Source of the DNA: the human T2T-CHM13v2.0 reference genome, Homo sapiens
Reading direction: 5' to 3' (one strand)
Length of the DNA: 64,000 nt
Assembly (NCBI RefSeq): GCF_009914755.1
Contig: NC_060927.1
This document shows, one piece after another, positions 13,123 through 32,800 of the stretch. A program made the position numbers and the translations under genes. The number at the start of each line of letters is the position of its first letter. The first letter of the stretch is position 1. The notes beneath the pieces are model-generated. The model did no database searches, was not told the DNA's origin, and was given only the letters and a program-made list of their open reading frames with translations.

Positions 13123-13777
13123 AAGCTCTGGGGAAACAACAGGTGGGTCTGCAGCATTGATTCCAGGACCTCAGTCGGCCAGTGCACTGCCTGACCCTCG
13201 CACCTCTCCTCTCTTGATGGTTGATTTCACGAGCCAGGGCTGGAGACCTAGAGCTGCCCGGCCAAAGGGGTGGAGGAGAAAGGGATAGTCCTGTGCACAG
13301 AATGAAGTTACTGCAGAATGTTTTAAAAGCAACTATCCCACCAGGAAGGATGTTGTAGGGAGGTGTGGGGAGAGATGCATGTGATCTTGAACTGGAAGGG
13401 TCTGAACAACTTTCAGCATGTCACCCTAACCAAATGAGACACTGACAGGGAAAGGTTTTCAGTTCTTTAAAAAATGAAACTGCGGGAAAAAAAGAAAGGA
13501 AATCCACCTCTCCTGACCCCTCTAGGGGCCAAATACCACGCTGAACACTTTTACATTCTTTAGCTCAGCACACTCTCATGGCAGCCCAGCAAAATAAGCA
13601 CTCGTTGGCTCCATCTTATAGAAGAGGAACTGAGGCTCAGAGATCATGAGCAGCCTGTCCATGGTCACAAAGCGAATGATATGGATAATTTGCCTTGATT
13701 GAACAACAAGGTTAAGTGACTGATTTTTCTTTATGTTGTTGTCATTGGTAGTATTTCAATTTAAAAAACTACAAATT

Positions 13778-14086
<309 letters not shown>

Positions 14087-14315
14087 CCTACAGATTGAAA
14101 GCGGGAACTATAGCCTATATTTCTGTTATTTTTCTTTCATAGCCAAGCTCATTGTTAGGGACAAAGTAGGTGCTCAGTAAATTCTTACTAATAAACGAGT
14201 TGATAAATCAGGCCTAATCAACATCCATTTATCATTCTACAACTTAGCTCTCATAACATCTATTATATTATAATGAATAAACTCACATTTTCTAAGGTTC
14301 TCTTTTTCTCTAGAG

Positions 14316-14532
14316 CTGTGGTTTTCAACTGCACATGATTTTTGCCTCCTAGGAGACATTTGACAATGTCTGGAGACATTTTGAGTTGTCAGACTGGGGT
14401 GGGCAGTTGCTCCTGACATCTTGGAGATAGAGGCCAGAAATGCTGCTGAGCATTTTTCAAGGCACAAGGTAGTCCCCACACAAAGACTTATCTGGCCTCA
14501 AATGTTAATACTGTTGCTGTTGAGAAGTGCTG
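14316..14532 (+). mobile_element. MER20
   Basis: Matches the MER20 consensus (ggagacatttg.caatgtctggagacatttt...agaggccag.gatgctgct); CpG-depleted. Confidence 0.85.
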
Positions 14533-14649
14533 GTTTAGAAAGCAGCAACATTTCAAAAGCGACTGACTGAATGGTTGAGTCCATTTCTCTTTTGGAAAAA
14601 TCTAGAAGGCTTTCTTACCTAAATACACTTCATACAATACACCCATTAG

Positions 14650-15043
<394 letters not shown>

Positions 15044-15185
15044 TAAAAATGTGTTGCCAACATTAAAAAAAGTGCTTTTCTGGAAAGATCTAGATTTCTG
15101 CCTTATCTGGAACAATCAGAAGATCTGGCAATACCACCCTCTCCTTACCACCTGATTGAGGGGACATGTAAAATATTGAGCAACT

Positions 15186-15558
<373 letters not shown>

Positions 15559-15930
15559 CTAGACACCAGCCCTGCCATTTGCACCATCTGCAGAGCTAAC
15601 TCCTAGGGAGATGAGCACTCTCCTGTCCCTCCCTTTTGTCTCCCAATTTCTGAGTCCTTCTCAGTTGCTTCATTACTTTGTGCTTACTTTAATATTTTTC
15701 TTATTAGATTGAATGGGAATTGAAATCTTTCTTGTCTTTAATTTTTGATGAAGACATATTTTGATCTTCATCAAAACTGGTAAAATAAAAATTTAGGACT
15801 GCTTGTTTCAATGAAAACAATTTTTTTTTTTTACTAGCTTGCTTTGCTCATTAGGTTATATGCCTAGCACCTGTAATTCTTGAATTCAGGGTCCCTGTTT
15901 TGGCTTAAACAAGCTCTTATTGATTGATGT

Positions 15931-16220
15931 CTTTTAGAAACGGAGTCTCACTCTATCACCCAGGCTGGAGTGCAACGGCACAATCATAGCTCATTGCAGC
16001 CTTGACCTCTTAGGCTCAAGCAATCATCCCACCTCAGCTTGCATGTGGTAGCTGGGACCACAGGTACACGTCACCATGGCTAGCTAATTTTTAAATTTTT
16101 TGTAGAGATAGGGTCTTGCTATGTTGCCCAGGCTGATCTCAAACTCCCGGGTTCATGCAATCATTCCACCTTGGCTTCTGACAGTCCTGGGATTACAGGT
16201 GTGAGTCACCACTCCAGCCA
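15931..16220 (-). mobile_element. AluJ
   Basis: Diverged reverse Alu. Confidence 0.9.
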
Positions 16221-16244
16221 AGTTCTTTTTTAAAATGCAGAAAT

Positions 16245-18090
<1,846 letters not shown>

Positions 18091-18745
18091 AATGCGTAAG
18101 TTCCTGGGATAACTAAGGCCAGTGGGAATTTTTACCTTCTGTGAGCCTCTCTGCCTACCTCCCGGCGAAGGTCAGCTACTTTGGGAATTTGTGATGGGGA
18201 ATGGAATGAATAAGGAACATGTGGCTGGTGAAACTCAAGCAAAGCAGCTATTGCAACACTCAGGGCCATGGGCTGAGAGTGGCTCACTTTGCCCCTTCCT
18301 GAAGCTGGGTGAATGGAGGGAGGGGAGGACGACCTGCTGATGCTTCTGGCTCTTTCTGGACACTCATTTCCTGCCCCTACCCTTGGAGGAAGAGGTAATT
18401 TGGGAGCTCAAAGGATTTTCAGAAAGGCAGGGACTCAACACTTGGGTGGAGTTTGGTCAGAATCCAGCCCGAAGGAATAGGAAAGGCAGGGTTGGAGCAT
18501 CAGCAGACAGAAGAAAGTAACATAAAGAGAGGTTGAAAGTGTCAAAGAAATCTCTGTTTGCAGGTCTGCCTAAGGCCTGATGGCAGCTGCCCTTGTGTGC
18601 CACAAATGCTGGAGTTTATTGATGCCTTCCATTAGTCAATGAGTCACATGGGCAGTGGGCAGTGGGTCTGGGTCTGGGTGGAACTGAGCCCTGAACCAAA
18701 GCATAAATGTTTATGTCTGTATCTTCTGCTATTTTGCCAAAGTGA

Positions 18746-19010
18746 CTTTTTTTTTTTTTTTTTTTTTTTTGGAGAGCAGTGGTGCAATCATTGAATCATT
18801 GCTCACTGCAGCCTCAACCTCCTGGGCTCAAGCAATTCAAGCAATCTTCCCACCTTAGCCTCCTGAGTAGCTAGGGCTACAAGCATGTGCTACCATGCCC
18901 AGCTAATTTTATTTTGTTTTCTTTGGTAGAGACAGGATCTTGCTATATATTTCCCAGGCTGGTCTCAAACTCCTGGCCTCGAGTGATTCTTGAGCCACTG
19001 TATCCAGCCC
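18746..19010 (-). mobile_element. AluJ (partial)
   Basis: polyT followed by reverse Alu. Confidence 0.88.
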
Positions 19011-19467
19011 AGGGACTTTTAAAGAAATTCTTGTCATCTCTATAGTTTAACTTCAATTTTCCAGGGATAGAGCAGTTACTCTACCCTGAATGTCTTCCCA
19101 TTTTGTGTGACGGTTGACATATGAAGGATTGTGTCTTTCCCACTTGGTCCCAAAAGGAAACCACTGACTTCTCAAGCGCAACTCTACCTTGTATGCTCCA
19201 GGAGAATAAAGTCTTTGTGATCAAGTTAATAATGACAATCATAACCGCCACTCTTCACTGAACATTGTTATCTACTGTGCTAGACAGTTTACATACCCCA
19301 TTTCTAATCCTCCCAAGGGTCCTACTAAGTAGATGTAATTATTTCCATTTTACAGATTGGGAAACAAGCCCCAACTCCCCTGAGATCATACAGCTAATCC
19401 CAGCTGCAAGGGGTCTCTCAGTGCCTCCTCCTCAGCTCTTACTGGGGCTATTTGAAGGACACTCTGA

Positions 19468-19938
<471 letters not shown>

Positions 19939-20557
19939 TAAGTCCTTTCCTCCATTTTTCAAATGCTAAAGCCCAAGCAGGTTAAGTTGCCTGCCCAGTG
20001 TCACAAGGAGAGAAAGCAACAGAGCCAAATCCGCAGTGAGACTCTCTGACCTCGATCTATGACTGCTCTGTCCACATCACTTCCCTGTCTGTCCCTTCCA
20101 GGGTATGGTCTGGGAAACCCAGAGCCTGCTCTGGCCCTGAATTTTGCCTGCTGTGGTTGGAAAGAACCTGTTCTGACATTTGATTTCGGTTTTAGAATAA
20201 TCCTGTTCCTCCAAATAATCCTGTTCCTCTGGGGCCCACTGGGAATTTCTACAGGTTTATTCATCTGCACAACTTCCTCCTTTGGCTGGTTTGCAAAGGG
20301 CACGGGTGGTTACGTTCCCCAGAGGTCAAGTCTCCCATAAGAGGCCCTGAAGCCCTTTTTGGGCTGCACAGAAGGAGGCTGAAGGGGGAAGAAGACAAAC
20401 ATAAGATGTTGACACTTCCTCCTCTCCATCCCCAAACCCCTCATTCTTATCAGCAAAGATCTCAAACTGAAGTGTGAGGTTGCACCACCTGGCCCCAGGA
20501 TGAGGGAGAGGGAAAGCTGTACCAGATGCAGTTTGTGCAAAGGAGCTCAGGCCTCAC

Positions 20558-20686
20558 CTTGGTAAATGTGAGATTCACAAATCCGCCCTGAAAATTCAAC
20601 AGAAGGTTGGATTTTCGGGTGCCACAGTTCCCAGAGGCTTGCGTTGCGTTGGGGTCGATGTTGAAGTATCTCCGAGGTGAAAAAAC
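20558..20686 (-). CDS. LAMP3: LAMP3 exon 3 (VFSPRRYFNIDPNATQASGNCGTRKSNLLLNFQGGFVNLTFTK)
   Basis: ttag|GTT acceptor and AAG|gtgagg donor, 129 nt, phase 0-0. Confidence 0.97.
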
Positions 20687-21077
20687 CTAAATCAAGTTAG
20701 ATAGATCAGCTAAATGAGATGTAGAGGAAAACTCTAGCTAGGGAACCAGATGCACAGGCTAGTTTGTGAGCCTGAAACTTAAGGCTGAGGATTCGCTGGA
20801 GAACTGCAAAGTCCCCAGACAACACCTCTCATTTTCAAACTGTTATGTTCAAAAGCTTTCTTAAAGAGGAGTTCTCCCACAGAGAGGAGTTCTTTTGTAA
20901 ATAATTGATGGCAGGTATGTTCCTGATAAGCTGCATGGAATTTATGTTAAGTTAAACATGTTAAATGATACTAGAGGGAAGGGTTTGCTCTGTAAGGTAC
21001 CTCTGTCTCAAATGGCAACCTAGATGTGGAAGTTTTATTTGAAATCATTAAAGTTTGCAGAAAGAGACAATATTATT

Positions 21078-21542
<465 letters not shown>

Positions 21543-21864
21543 TTAAGTCTTCTGGAGTGGTAGGGAGGGGCTGAGATCAACGCTGAACATTCTACGACAC
21601 TCTGCCCAGGTTGGCTAAAAGTGAGGTGTGTGAATATTTAAATTTTTGTTTGCCTTCCTCTCTCCAAACAGTTGCTATTAGTTTCTATTTTCAGGTATAT
21701 CCTAAAACATAATCACCTTTTAATGGAGCACCTTGGAGAGAGATGAGCTCACAGCTATTGGTTTCATTTAAAGACACAGGATGTGGGGAATGCTCATTCC
21801 TAGCAAGGCAACCTCCACTCAGACTTTTTGAAGATAGTGTTATAGTCCTGTGGCCCCAACTTAC

Positions 21865-22574
21865 CGACTCCTTGTCTTGAACAATCAGCTGTATCCCCAT
21901 CTCTGCTTTTATACAGAGTCTGCTTCCGTTTAGAACCTGATAAATTCCAGTCTTGACTGACGATGGCTGAGGTGCAAGGGTGGGCCCAGGAACCGTGGAG
22001 GCAGGTGCAGCTGTGCGGGTGGTATTGTGGGCAGCTGCCGTTGTTCCTGGGGCATGGGTGGGTTGAACAGGCTTCTGACCGGTTGTGCTTTTGTGCAGTG
22101 CTATCGATAAAGTTGCTGGAAGGGTGGTCTGGTTACTGGGTTGAGTGGTGTTCCCAGTTGTGTGGCTGACGGTTGATGAACTGGTTCCAGTTGTATGAGC
22201 TGGTGGGGTGATGGTGGGTGGCAGTGAATAAGGGGCTAAGCTAGGGCCGACTGTAACTTCAGTAACTGGAGGAGCTGTGTGTGAGTTGTTGGGTGTGGCC
22301 TGGGTTGTGACCAGGGTGTAGGTAATTGGGCTGGTGGTTGCAGTGTTTTTTGTAGTTGCTGGGGTAGTTGTTGGAATTTTTACTGTGGCCGCTGTTTGAA
22401 AGGTGATATGACCATCCATGAATCTTGCTGCTAAAGTTTGGTGAGGTGCTTGCTTAGCTGGTTGCTGGACAGGTTTTTTTATGTCCTGTACTGTTGCTGC
22501 TGCAGTAGGTTGAGAATAATCTCTGGTTTCTGGAAATGCTTTTGCTCTCATTTGACTGCCATCGTGCAAAATTA
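21865..22574 (-). CDS. LAMP3: LAMP3 exon 2 (end of signal peptide, Thr/Pro-rich mucin-like region, start of LAMP domain)
   Basis: cag|TA ATT TTG CAC acceptor and TCG|gtaagt donor, 710 nt; lies within ORF 21691..22569. Confidence 0.98.
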
Positions 22575-22983
22575 CTGAAAATTAGGAAATAAAAGTGTTA
22601 AAAACACTAACCGATTGCTTACAAGGTTCCCTCTCCCATCCCCATCTTAATGTCTGTTCATAAAAAAACCTAACATGCATATTTTTATACTTGGGGGAAA
22701 TTTGCAAGGGTACAACAATGAAGCAAACATCACCAAAGATTCTACCCCCAGGACACAATTGTAATGTTCTGGTTGTATCCATGCCTTTTACAGGGTTATG
22801 ACAGTTCCACAGCACCCAGCCCCTTTGCCTGTGTGAGGTGCGGTACTAATACACGCCAAAGTGATCATGCTCAGCTAGATATCTAAGTGTCAATGCCTCT
22901 TCATTCTCCACCTTCAAATGTGGATCCGGACAGCTGACATAAAATAGTGTTCCTGGGTGAACAGCTGCTGTATGACCTGATAG

Positions 22984-23392
<409 letters not shown>

Positions 23393-24259
23393 CCAAACCC
23401 TAATCTGATGTTTGAATTACACCTACAGATCTTTGCCATGCGTTCATCCAATCTAGACTTAACTGTTCCCAATGACAGGAGACTCATCTCTTCACAATAC
23501 AGTCCTTTCCATTTTTTATCTTGTCACTTGTTGTTTTCTCAATACAGACCAATTCCTGTCATTTTCGTACTTAACTTTTGGAGTGGCCCAGTCTTTCTCA
23601 ACCAAGAAAGAGAAGTCATAACTGCTCTGATATTTCAGGTGGGTTGTCCTTTGTGTTCTGGCTTTCATGGCAGCTCCTCAGAGCATCTTCCTTGTCCTCC
23701 TTATATAAAATAGTTCCCCATATCCATGATTCTCCACTGCAGTGTTAAATTCATTGCTTTCACTGCATTAATTACAACTTGTAAGTATATATGGGGATGG
23801 TATTCAAATATTTAACAATCAGCCTGGCCAGTATGTACCAGCCAAATATTTTCCCTGATTAAATGTTTGCTTATTGGTTTATTTGTTGGTTGTGGATCTT
23901 TCCTAGTAGATTAAGAGCACCGTGAAGGTGGAAACTGTGTGTACCATTTTTACCGTCAGTGCCTGCACATAGACAGTGTTCAGTAAATATGGGTCGAACG
24001 AAAAAATGACAGAATGTGTTAATGAGGACAACAGCATTGTAGGCCTTTTAGGATTATTGTAAGGCTCACATGAGTTGGTTTAAGTAAAACTCTTCATGGA
24101 CCATTAAGCACACAGACGGTGTCTACTGTTGTCACAGGTTCTCTCCAGAGGCTGTCCTTAAGGGCAGAGGTCCTCCGTTCTTTTCCAACTAGAACAGGTC
24201 TATCCTTGCCTCCTTCCAGGCACATAGGGATCCAGAAAAGTGGACAAAACACAGATGAT

Positions 24260-24603
<344 letters not shown>

Positions 24604-27069
24604 TCAGGCACACTGAGAGATGCCTGCGTCCCTTCAATTTTGTGGTTTCTCAGTGTTTACCCACAGACTCTCAGGAGAGCTGGAGCTGTCCTGTGCTGGG
24701 CTGAGAAAGGGAAAGGAGATCACGCTATGCTAGTATTTACAAAGTCCTAAAGTTCATACCCAGTAAAAATAATTCATATATGCCTTTTCTATCTCCCTCC
24801 ACCATTCAATACACTTCTAAGTGGTTACTTTTCTCATATTAATAACAATAAAAATTCCAAGTTACTGGACACTTACTACATAGAAGGCCTTAGGTCAAGG
24901 GTCATCTTTTACCAACTTCTCTCAAAAACACTTTGGTGGGTACTACTTTATCCATCTTTCAAATGAGGAAACTCAGGCTTGGAAAATTTCAGCCATTTGA
25001 CCATAATGACACAACTGGTCAAAGTTGGGGCGGAGACTTGAGCACCGGTACATCTGAATCAAAGCTTGCCCTTGGGTTTGAGGGGTGGTGGAGGTGGGGT
25101 GTCGCTGGGAAGAATGGTGAGAGAAGACACAAAAGCAGAGGAGAGAGGAACAGGAGGGTGCCCTCCAGTGACCCCAATTCATGAAAACCTCATAATGATG
25201 ATCCTTGGTGAGGGTTTCAAAAGTTCATGTGCTGAAAAGGGGATTATTTTCCAGAAGAAAAGTTCTAACTTTAAGCCCAGTAGTAAGACCTGTGAATTAT
25301 TTCTGTACAGCTGGTTTGCAAAATAGGAAAGACCAAAGCACCAGTTCAAATTGCCTTGATAACCTTATAAAAAGACCGATGACTATTAATGACATTAAGT
25401 TATTTGAGATCATTCTTTAAGGGTCTTTTTTTTAAATCGAAAATATCCATTTGGATAAGTTAAATGCATGATACTTGAGAGTGGTAGGTTTGATGGGCTA
25501 TAGGTTTACCTACAAACTTTTGTAAAATCCCTGCACGTAGAACTTTTATGCCCATGTCATGGAGCTTGGAGAAAGATTTTTCACTTTGAGATTATAATGG
25601 AGGTTGAGTGTTGTTGAAGATTTATTTTAGCAATTCATTTGGGTAAAACCCGCGTTGCTGGTTCTCTGGTCAAACACCAACGAAAGCCCCATTAGATTCA
25701 TACTATTACAATGGAGAAAGAGAATTCACTCTCAACTGTGGCTTCCAGGAATATCTCGTGGTGAAAAGTAAAGATTGCTACAGAGACCTCCAGGAGACTA
25801 GAAAACACTTGCCAGTTGTTCTCTTGGGGAAGTGATTATATCCTTGATAAAATCCTACTGTGTATGGCTGGTGTTTATAAGCTAAAGAGAATCTTCTCAA
25901 CTGAGTTCAGTTTCCTAAACTCAGTAGTGCACCCTTAAAAAAAACAAAAAAAGCCTTCCTCAAGATGCAACTAGAACTCTTCTCTCAGTGGTAATGAATG
26001 AACTCAAATAAATAAAAAAAGGACTTAATTGTTCACAAATGAACGGCATCCTAAACAAGCCAAGAAGATATGTGGTACCCGGTCAAGGTGTGCTTCCTAT
26101 GTAGGAAGCCTTGGTGGGGTGGCTAGAGGTGATGGCAGTTGAGATGTCTTGATACGGTGTGTAGGTGTAGGTGTGTCTCTGGGTGGTAGACAGAAGGCTG
26201 GGCTGGCAAATGGCTCAACCAAAAGTGCCAAGTTCATGGGTGTTGGAGATTGAACCTGTCAGAGAAGTATAGTTCTCACCCCTTCTCCTTCCCTCCTCTG
26301 GCCCTTCCCACTCTCCTCTTCTCCCTGTGTGGGGTATAAAAGATAGGCAGGTGATTCAACTGGGGTAGGTATCTCTGCATTGTAAAGTAGCTCAGAAAGA
26401 CCATGAGAGCTACTCTATAATGTATATGACCACACACATGGTCTATGTATACGACCACACATATATGACTGATTTCTGTCGAAATTGGGTCACAGTTTTT
26501 AAATGGGATGTTTGGCCCTATAGAGGTTTAGTCAAGGTCACAGGTTTGTCTGAGGCCTAGAAAGAGGGCAGTGGGCAGAAGCAAGGGCAGGCATAGCCCA
26601 GACTTTGTCTGGACCCTCCCTCTATACACAGAACATAGTGCTGGTGTTCACACACTCATCTGCCCACCCCCACCCCACCCCACCCCAGCCTCCCCTCTCC
26701 AAAATTCAGGAGACTTGGCAAACAAGCACCCCAGGGCCTTGATCCATTGCTTGGACTCCACTAGATGGAAATTTGCATGAAGAGGCGTTAGAAGGTTTTG
26801 GTTCCCCTACAACCAGTGGGTGTGAGATGAGTCATTGCCCAGTCCCCTGAGAAAGTCAGTGATCTCACAAGGGATTGTTTCTAGGTATTTTCCTGACAGC
26901 CAGTCCCTTCCCAGACAGCCTTTGGTTGGTTTCCCTGCCACACCACTCAACAGTATGTACGGGTCTCCTCTCAGGCAGGCTCTGTACCAGGCACTGGGGG
27001 TAGGTCTTTGTTCTCAGGGGCCCTGTGAGGCAGACACATGAGTAAACCACACTTCTCAGTGTGACAAGT

Positions 27070-27385
27070 GTTTTTTTTTTGTCTTTGTTTTTGTTTTTTT
27101 TTTCTCCTTGAGACAGGGTCTCACTCTGTCACCCAGGATGGAGTGCAGTGGCATGCTCAGGGCTCACTGTAGCCTCAGCTTCCTGGGTTCAAGCGATCCT
27201 CCCACCTCAGCCTTTCCAGTAGCTGCGACTACAGGCATGTGCCACCATGTCAAGCTAATTTTTGCATTTTTTGTACAGTCTCACCATGTTGCCCAGTCTG
27301 GTTTCAAACTCCTAGGATTAAGTGATCTGCCTACCTCAGACTCCCAAAGTGCTGGGATTACAGGCATTGGCCACTGTGCCCGACT
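27070..27385 (-). mobile_element. AluJ
   Basis: Reverse Alu. Confidence 0.92.
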
Positions 27386-27843
27386 GACAAGTGTCTTTAT
27401 CAAATCCCCAGATACTATGAGAGTGTGGGTAGGGTGGGAATCCAACACAAGGATAAATTCTTCAGGCAGACAAAGGAGGAGATGGTTTCCAGACAGGAGG
27501 AAGAGAATGTGTAAGGGCGCAGAGGCTTCAGAAGTCTTGTATGTCTGGAGAACAGCAAGGGGTCAGCATGACGGGAACACAGGGACGGTATGGGAAGGGA
27601 GGGGTGAGGAGGGGAGACCAGCAGGGAGCAGGCCTGGCAGGCCTTGGAGACTACACACTGTCTGCAGAGCTCTGAGGAGCACAGTCAGGGAGTCATCGGA
27701 GCCCCACGGCCATGTCCAGGTTCAGGGAATCACAGTTTAGCCCCCAGCATGTTTTCTGGCACCTCTAGGGGCAGCAGAAGCAGCCCCAGCAGGGTGCAGC
27801 AGAGAGAGTCAAGGAAACCCTAGAGCAGAAGGGCCACTAGCCC

Positions 27844-28366
27844 TGTGACAGACTGCTGGCTGACTATTCCAAAACCCAGTCTCCCCTTCTTTCTAACAGT
27901 ACCTCAAGTTTCAGCTGAGCACTTGTTGCCTGGAATAAAGAGTTCTATGTCTAAACCTCCTTTCTAGCTGGGTGGGAGCATATGACTGAGTTTTAGCAAA
28001 AGAAGGGAAGTGTTAAGATCATGTGGGCCTTCTGGGAAGGCTGGGTGAAGGCAGCTCAATCACCTGTGTGGACTGCCTTTCTACAGCCCTTCTGTTTTTC
28101 CTCCTTTGACCAACCTGCAACTTGTATGTGATGGCTGGAGCTCCAGCCAACATGTGGAACCGTGAGGAGGCCTTGAGGGTAGAAGTCACATACCTATATG
28201 TCGGATCCTAATGACGGATCTCCAGTGAAGCACTCCCACACTAGAACTGACCTGAATTTCTCTGGACATGTTTTCACATGAAAGAGTAACAAGCAACTAT
28301 CTTGTTTAATCTACTGTTATTTTGGCTTGTCTCTTACGTGTAACTGAACCTAAACTTAACTGACGT
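27844..28366 (+). mobile_element. MLT1-family (ERVL-MaLR) solo LTR
   Basis: tgtgacag... start, atgtgatggctggagctccagc core, ...taactgac end. Confidence 0.65.
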
Positions 28367-29574
28367 GAACTTAAATCCCCTCATTTCCTGGAGGAAAAAT
28401 TTGAGATCAGGGAAGCAAGTTGACTGGGTAAAGATTTCTCAGAGAGTTTACCCAAAAGCTCCGTCTCTCCTAGCAAAACTTTCTGATGATTTTTGCTCAT
28501 TTCCAATTCAACAAGGATTTCTTGAGCTTATGCATGCAGGATCATGTAGCACAGTAGCGTAGAGCCTGAACCCCAAGGCCAGACTTCGTTTTTGTTTTGT
28601 TTTGTTTGAGACACAGTCCACTATGTTGTCCAGGCTGGTCTCAAACTCCTGGCCTCAAGTGACCTTCCACCTCAGGATCCCAAAGTGCTGGGATTACAGG
28701 TGTGAGTCACTGTGCCCAGCCAAGGCCAGATGTCTTGAATGCCAGTCTCAGGAATGCTACTCACTAACTGGGAGACCATGAACAATTCCTTAACCTGCCT
28801 CTGCCTCAGTACCGCCATCTGTAAAATAGGGATAAGAATAGCACCTACTTTTCAGGGTTCTTATGAGACTAAATAAGTTATAGGTAAGTAGATGTATGAG
28901 TAAAGCACATAGGTTAGCTGCTATGGGCACAGACTCTGGTTCAAAGCTCGACTCTGTCACCAGCTAGCTATGTGATCAGGGGCAAGTTATTTAACCTCTT
29001 TGTGCTTCTATTTCCTCGCAAGTAAAACGGAGACAATAGCAGTACTTACAAAGCTGTTTTGTGGATTAAAGCACTGCAAACAGTGCCTGGCATGCAGAGA
29101 GTGCCAGGAAGCCATGTCCATCATTGTTAATTACCATGTGCTGATGAGCCCTGTACTGAGTGAAGAAGGGGCTCAAGGTCAGGTTGTGAGGTGAATGGGA
29201 GAGGGACTGGAGGGACAAACAGGAGATACGAGTTAACATCACTGAGCAAAATCACTGCAGTAATTGCTGTCCAGGTGCTACCTCATTTGTTTCCCCAGTA
29301 CTCCTAGCAGAGGATATTATTCTCCCCATTTTTCAGTGAGGGAACTGAGCACCCGAAAGGTTGGGTGATGTGAACAAGGCCTCCCTGCTGGGAAGGGTCA
29401 GGGCAAGGGTTTGAATCCAGTTCCGTGCCACCCCTCAAAGGCCTCCACCTCTGAGGAAGAAACCTCTGATGCATCCTTCACCTAGCTCACCTCTGAGAAT
29501 TTGTAGCTCAGAAAGGAACCGGTAATGTGGGCATTTTCTCTCCACTTGCCCTTGCATTTGTCAATACTCACTGT

Positions 29575-29882
<308 letters not shown>

Positions 29883-30453
29883 TGTCAATACCATTGTGTT
29901 TCTGAGCCTATCCATCCATTCAAGGAGCGCTCACATACAGGTCACTGTGGGTTACCGCTAGGCTGAGATTGTTTTGCTTTTTTAATAGCTTGCCCTGTGG
30001 AGCGTGATGATGACTTCCTCTTCTGTCCCCTAAAAGAACCTGAAACTGTAAGTCTGAAAGTGTGGCGCAGGGGAGAACTGCCTAGGCAAGGGCAGCTGGC
30101 ACGACCCTTCTCACCTCTTCCCTAACATTCCTAGCATTCATGTTACAAGCAAGGGCCACCGCGCCCCCTGCTTGAGCATGTTAGCCGGGCGGTAGGGACG
30201 GAGACAGTTCTCTCATGACGTTCGAGTAACCAGGAAACTTCATCACAGGGACAACACCACAGCACCCGAGGACTCAATGTCTAGGGGGAAAAGCTCTGGA
30301 GAAAGCGGAGGGTCGGATCATAAAATAATCATAAACTCAGCGTCCCAGACGGCATCTGGGATGGGAAGTACAATGATCATTTAAAAAAAAAAAAAAAGTC
30401 TTTGACACTCTTCCTACACCTTTCTGAAATGGCACAATCTGTCAGACCACATC

Positions 30454-30462
30454 TGATGCAAG
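30454..30462 (+). promoter_or_regulatory. C/EBP-ATF4 composite element TGATGCAAG in LAMP3 intron 1
   Basis: Motif match about 350 nt into intron 1; LAMP3 is known to be ATF4-inducible. Confidence 0.5.
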
Positions 30463-30803
30463 GAAAAGCAAGACAGGAGCGCTTTTCCCGGATAACAAAG
30501 CCAAGACTCCCATTCCTAAGCCCTAGCTCAGGTCTCCATCTCTTAAATCCGAGTGACCTCTACAAACTCTCCCTGAGAAGGTGTCCAGAACCCTTTTGGA
30601 AGCGAGGGACAGTGTCACTGTCTTTGGGGTTGACACCTGCTCTGAGTAACTCACGGAAAACAAGTTCCAGCTGGGAAGCCCTTGGACGCGCCACACCTCC
30701 CTACCCGCAGCCCGTCCTGTGGCGCCCGGGACTCCAGAGTGCGTTTAGATGAAAGGGGACCGACACGTCAGGGCCACCGCGGGAAGCGCTGAGGGCCACT
30801 CAC

Positions 30804-31773
<970 letters not shown>

Positions 31774-32109
31774 CCAGGGTCTCCTCTTTTCTAACAGCTC
31801 GGGTACCTTTCTGGGAACCCGGAGACGCTTCTCAGCCGGGAGAAAGCCAGCCACTAGGCGAGCAGGAGCCTAAAAACCCCTAAGCACCCTGACTCCATGT
31901 CTTCCCAGGGAGTCTGCGGCAGCCGCGCTCCACGCCCAGGCCTCGCCAGGACCGCGGTTTGCGGGAAGCAACAGGAGCACAGCCCAGAGGCGCTAGGTCT
32001 GGCTGGGAGCTCTCGCTGCCGACTCCCCGGCGTGCGGCGTCGGGGAACCTCTAGGAGCCTTGGATTCTTCAGCTGTAAAACGGACATAATAATGCCCACT
32101 CCCAGTGTG

Positions 32110-32800
32110 TTTTTTTATTTTCTTTTTTCTTTTTCTTTCTTTGTTTTTGTTTGTTTGTTTTTGTTTTTGTTTTTGAGACAGGGTCTCACTCTGTCGCTCA
32201 GGCTGGAGGGCAATGGTGTGATCTCGGCTCACTGCAAACTTGGGTTCAGGTGATTCTCCTGCCTCAGCCTCCACAGTAGCTAGGATTACAGGTGTGCGCC
32301 ACCACGTCCGGCTAATTTTTTGTATTTTTAGTAGAGACCGGGTTTCACCATGTTGGCCAAGCTGGTCTCAAACTCCTGACCCCAGGTGATCCGCCCGCCT
32401 CGGCCTTCCAAAGATCTGGGATTACAAGCGTGAGCCACTGTGCCTGGCCCCAGGTGGTTTTACAGACCAGAAAATCCTGGAACAAAAAACACACAATATC
32501 GTTTTTTTTTTTTTTTTTTTTTTTGGAGTCAGGGTCTCGCTCTATCACCCAGGCTGGAGTGCAGTGGCGTGATCTCGGCTCACTGCAACTTCGACCTCCT
32601 GGCCTCAAGTGAGTCTCCCACCTCAGCCTCCTGAGTAGCTGGGACCAAAGGCGCGTGCCACCACGCCCAGCTGTTTTATTTTATTTTATGTAGAGAGGAG
32701 GTCTCGCTGTGTTGCCCAGGCTGGTCTCGAGTTCCTGGCCTCAAACGATCCTCCTGCGTTAGCCAACCATTGGGATTACAGGCGTAAGCCACGGCCCACG
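32110..32800 (-). mobile_element. Two Alus
   Basis: Reverse Alus at about 32110-32449 and 32502-32800. Confidence 0.93.

Noticed and set aside
30070-30190. p53 response element in LAMP3 intron 1
   Set aside because: One good half-site (GAGCATGTTA) with poor partners; not supportable from sequence alone.
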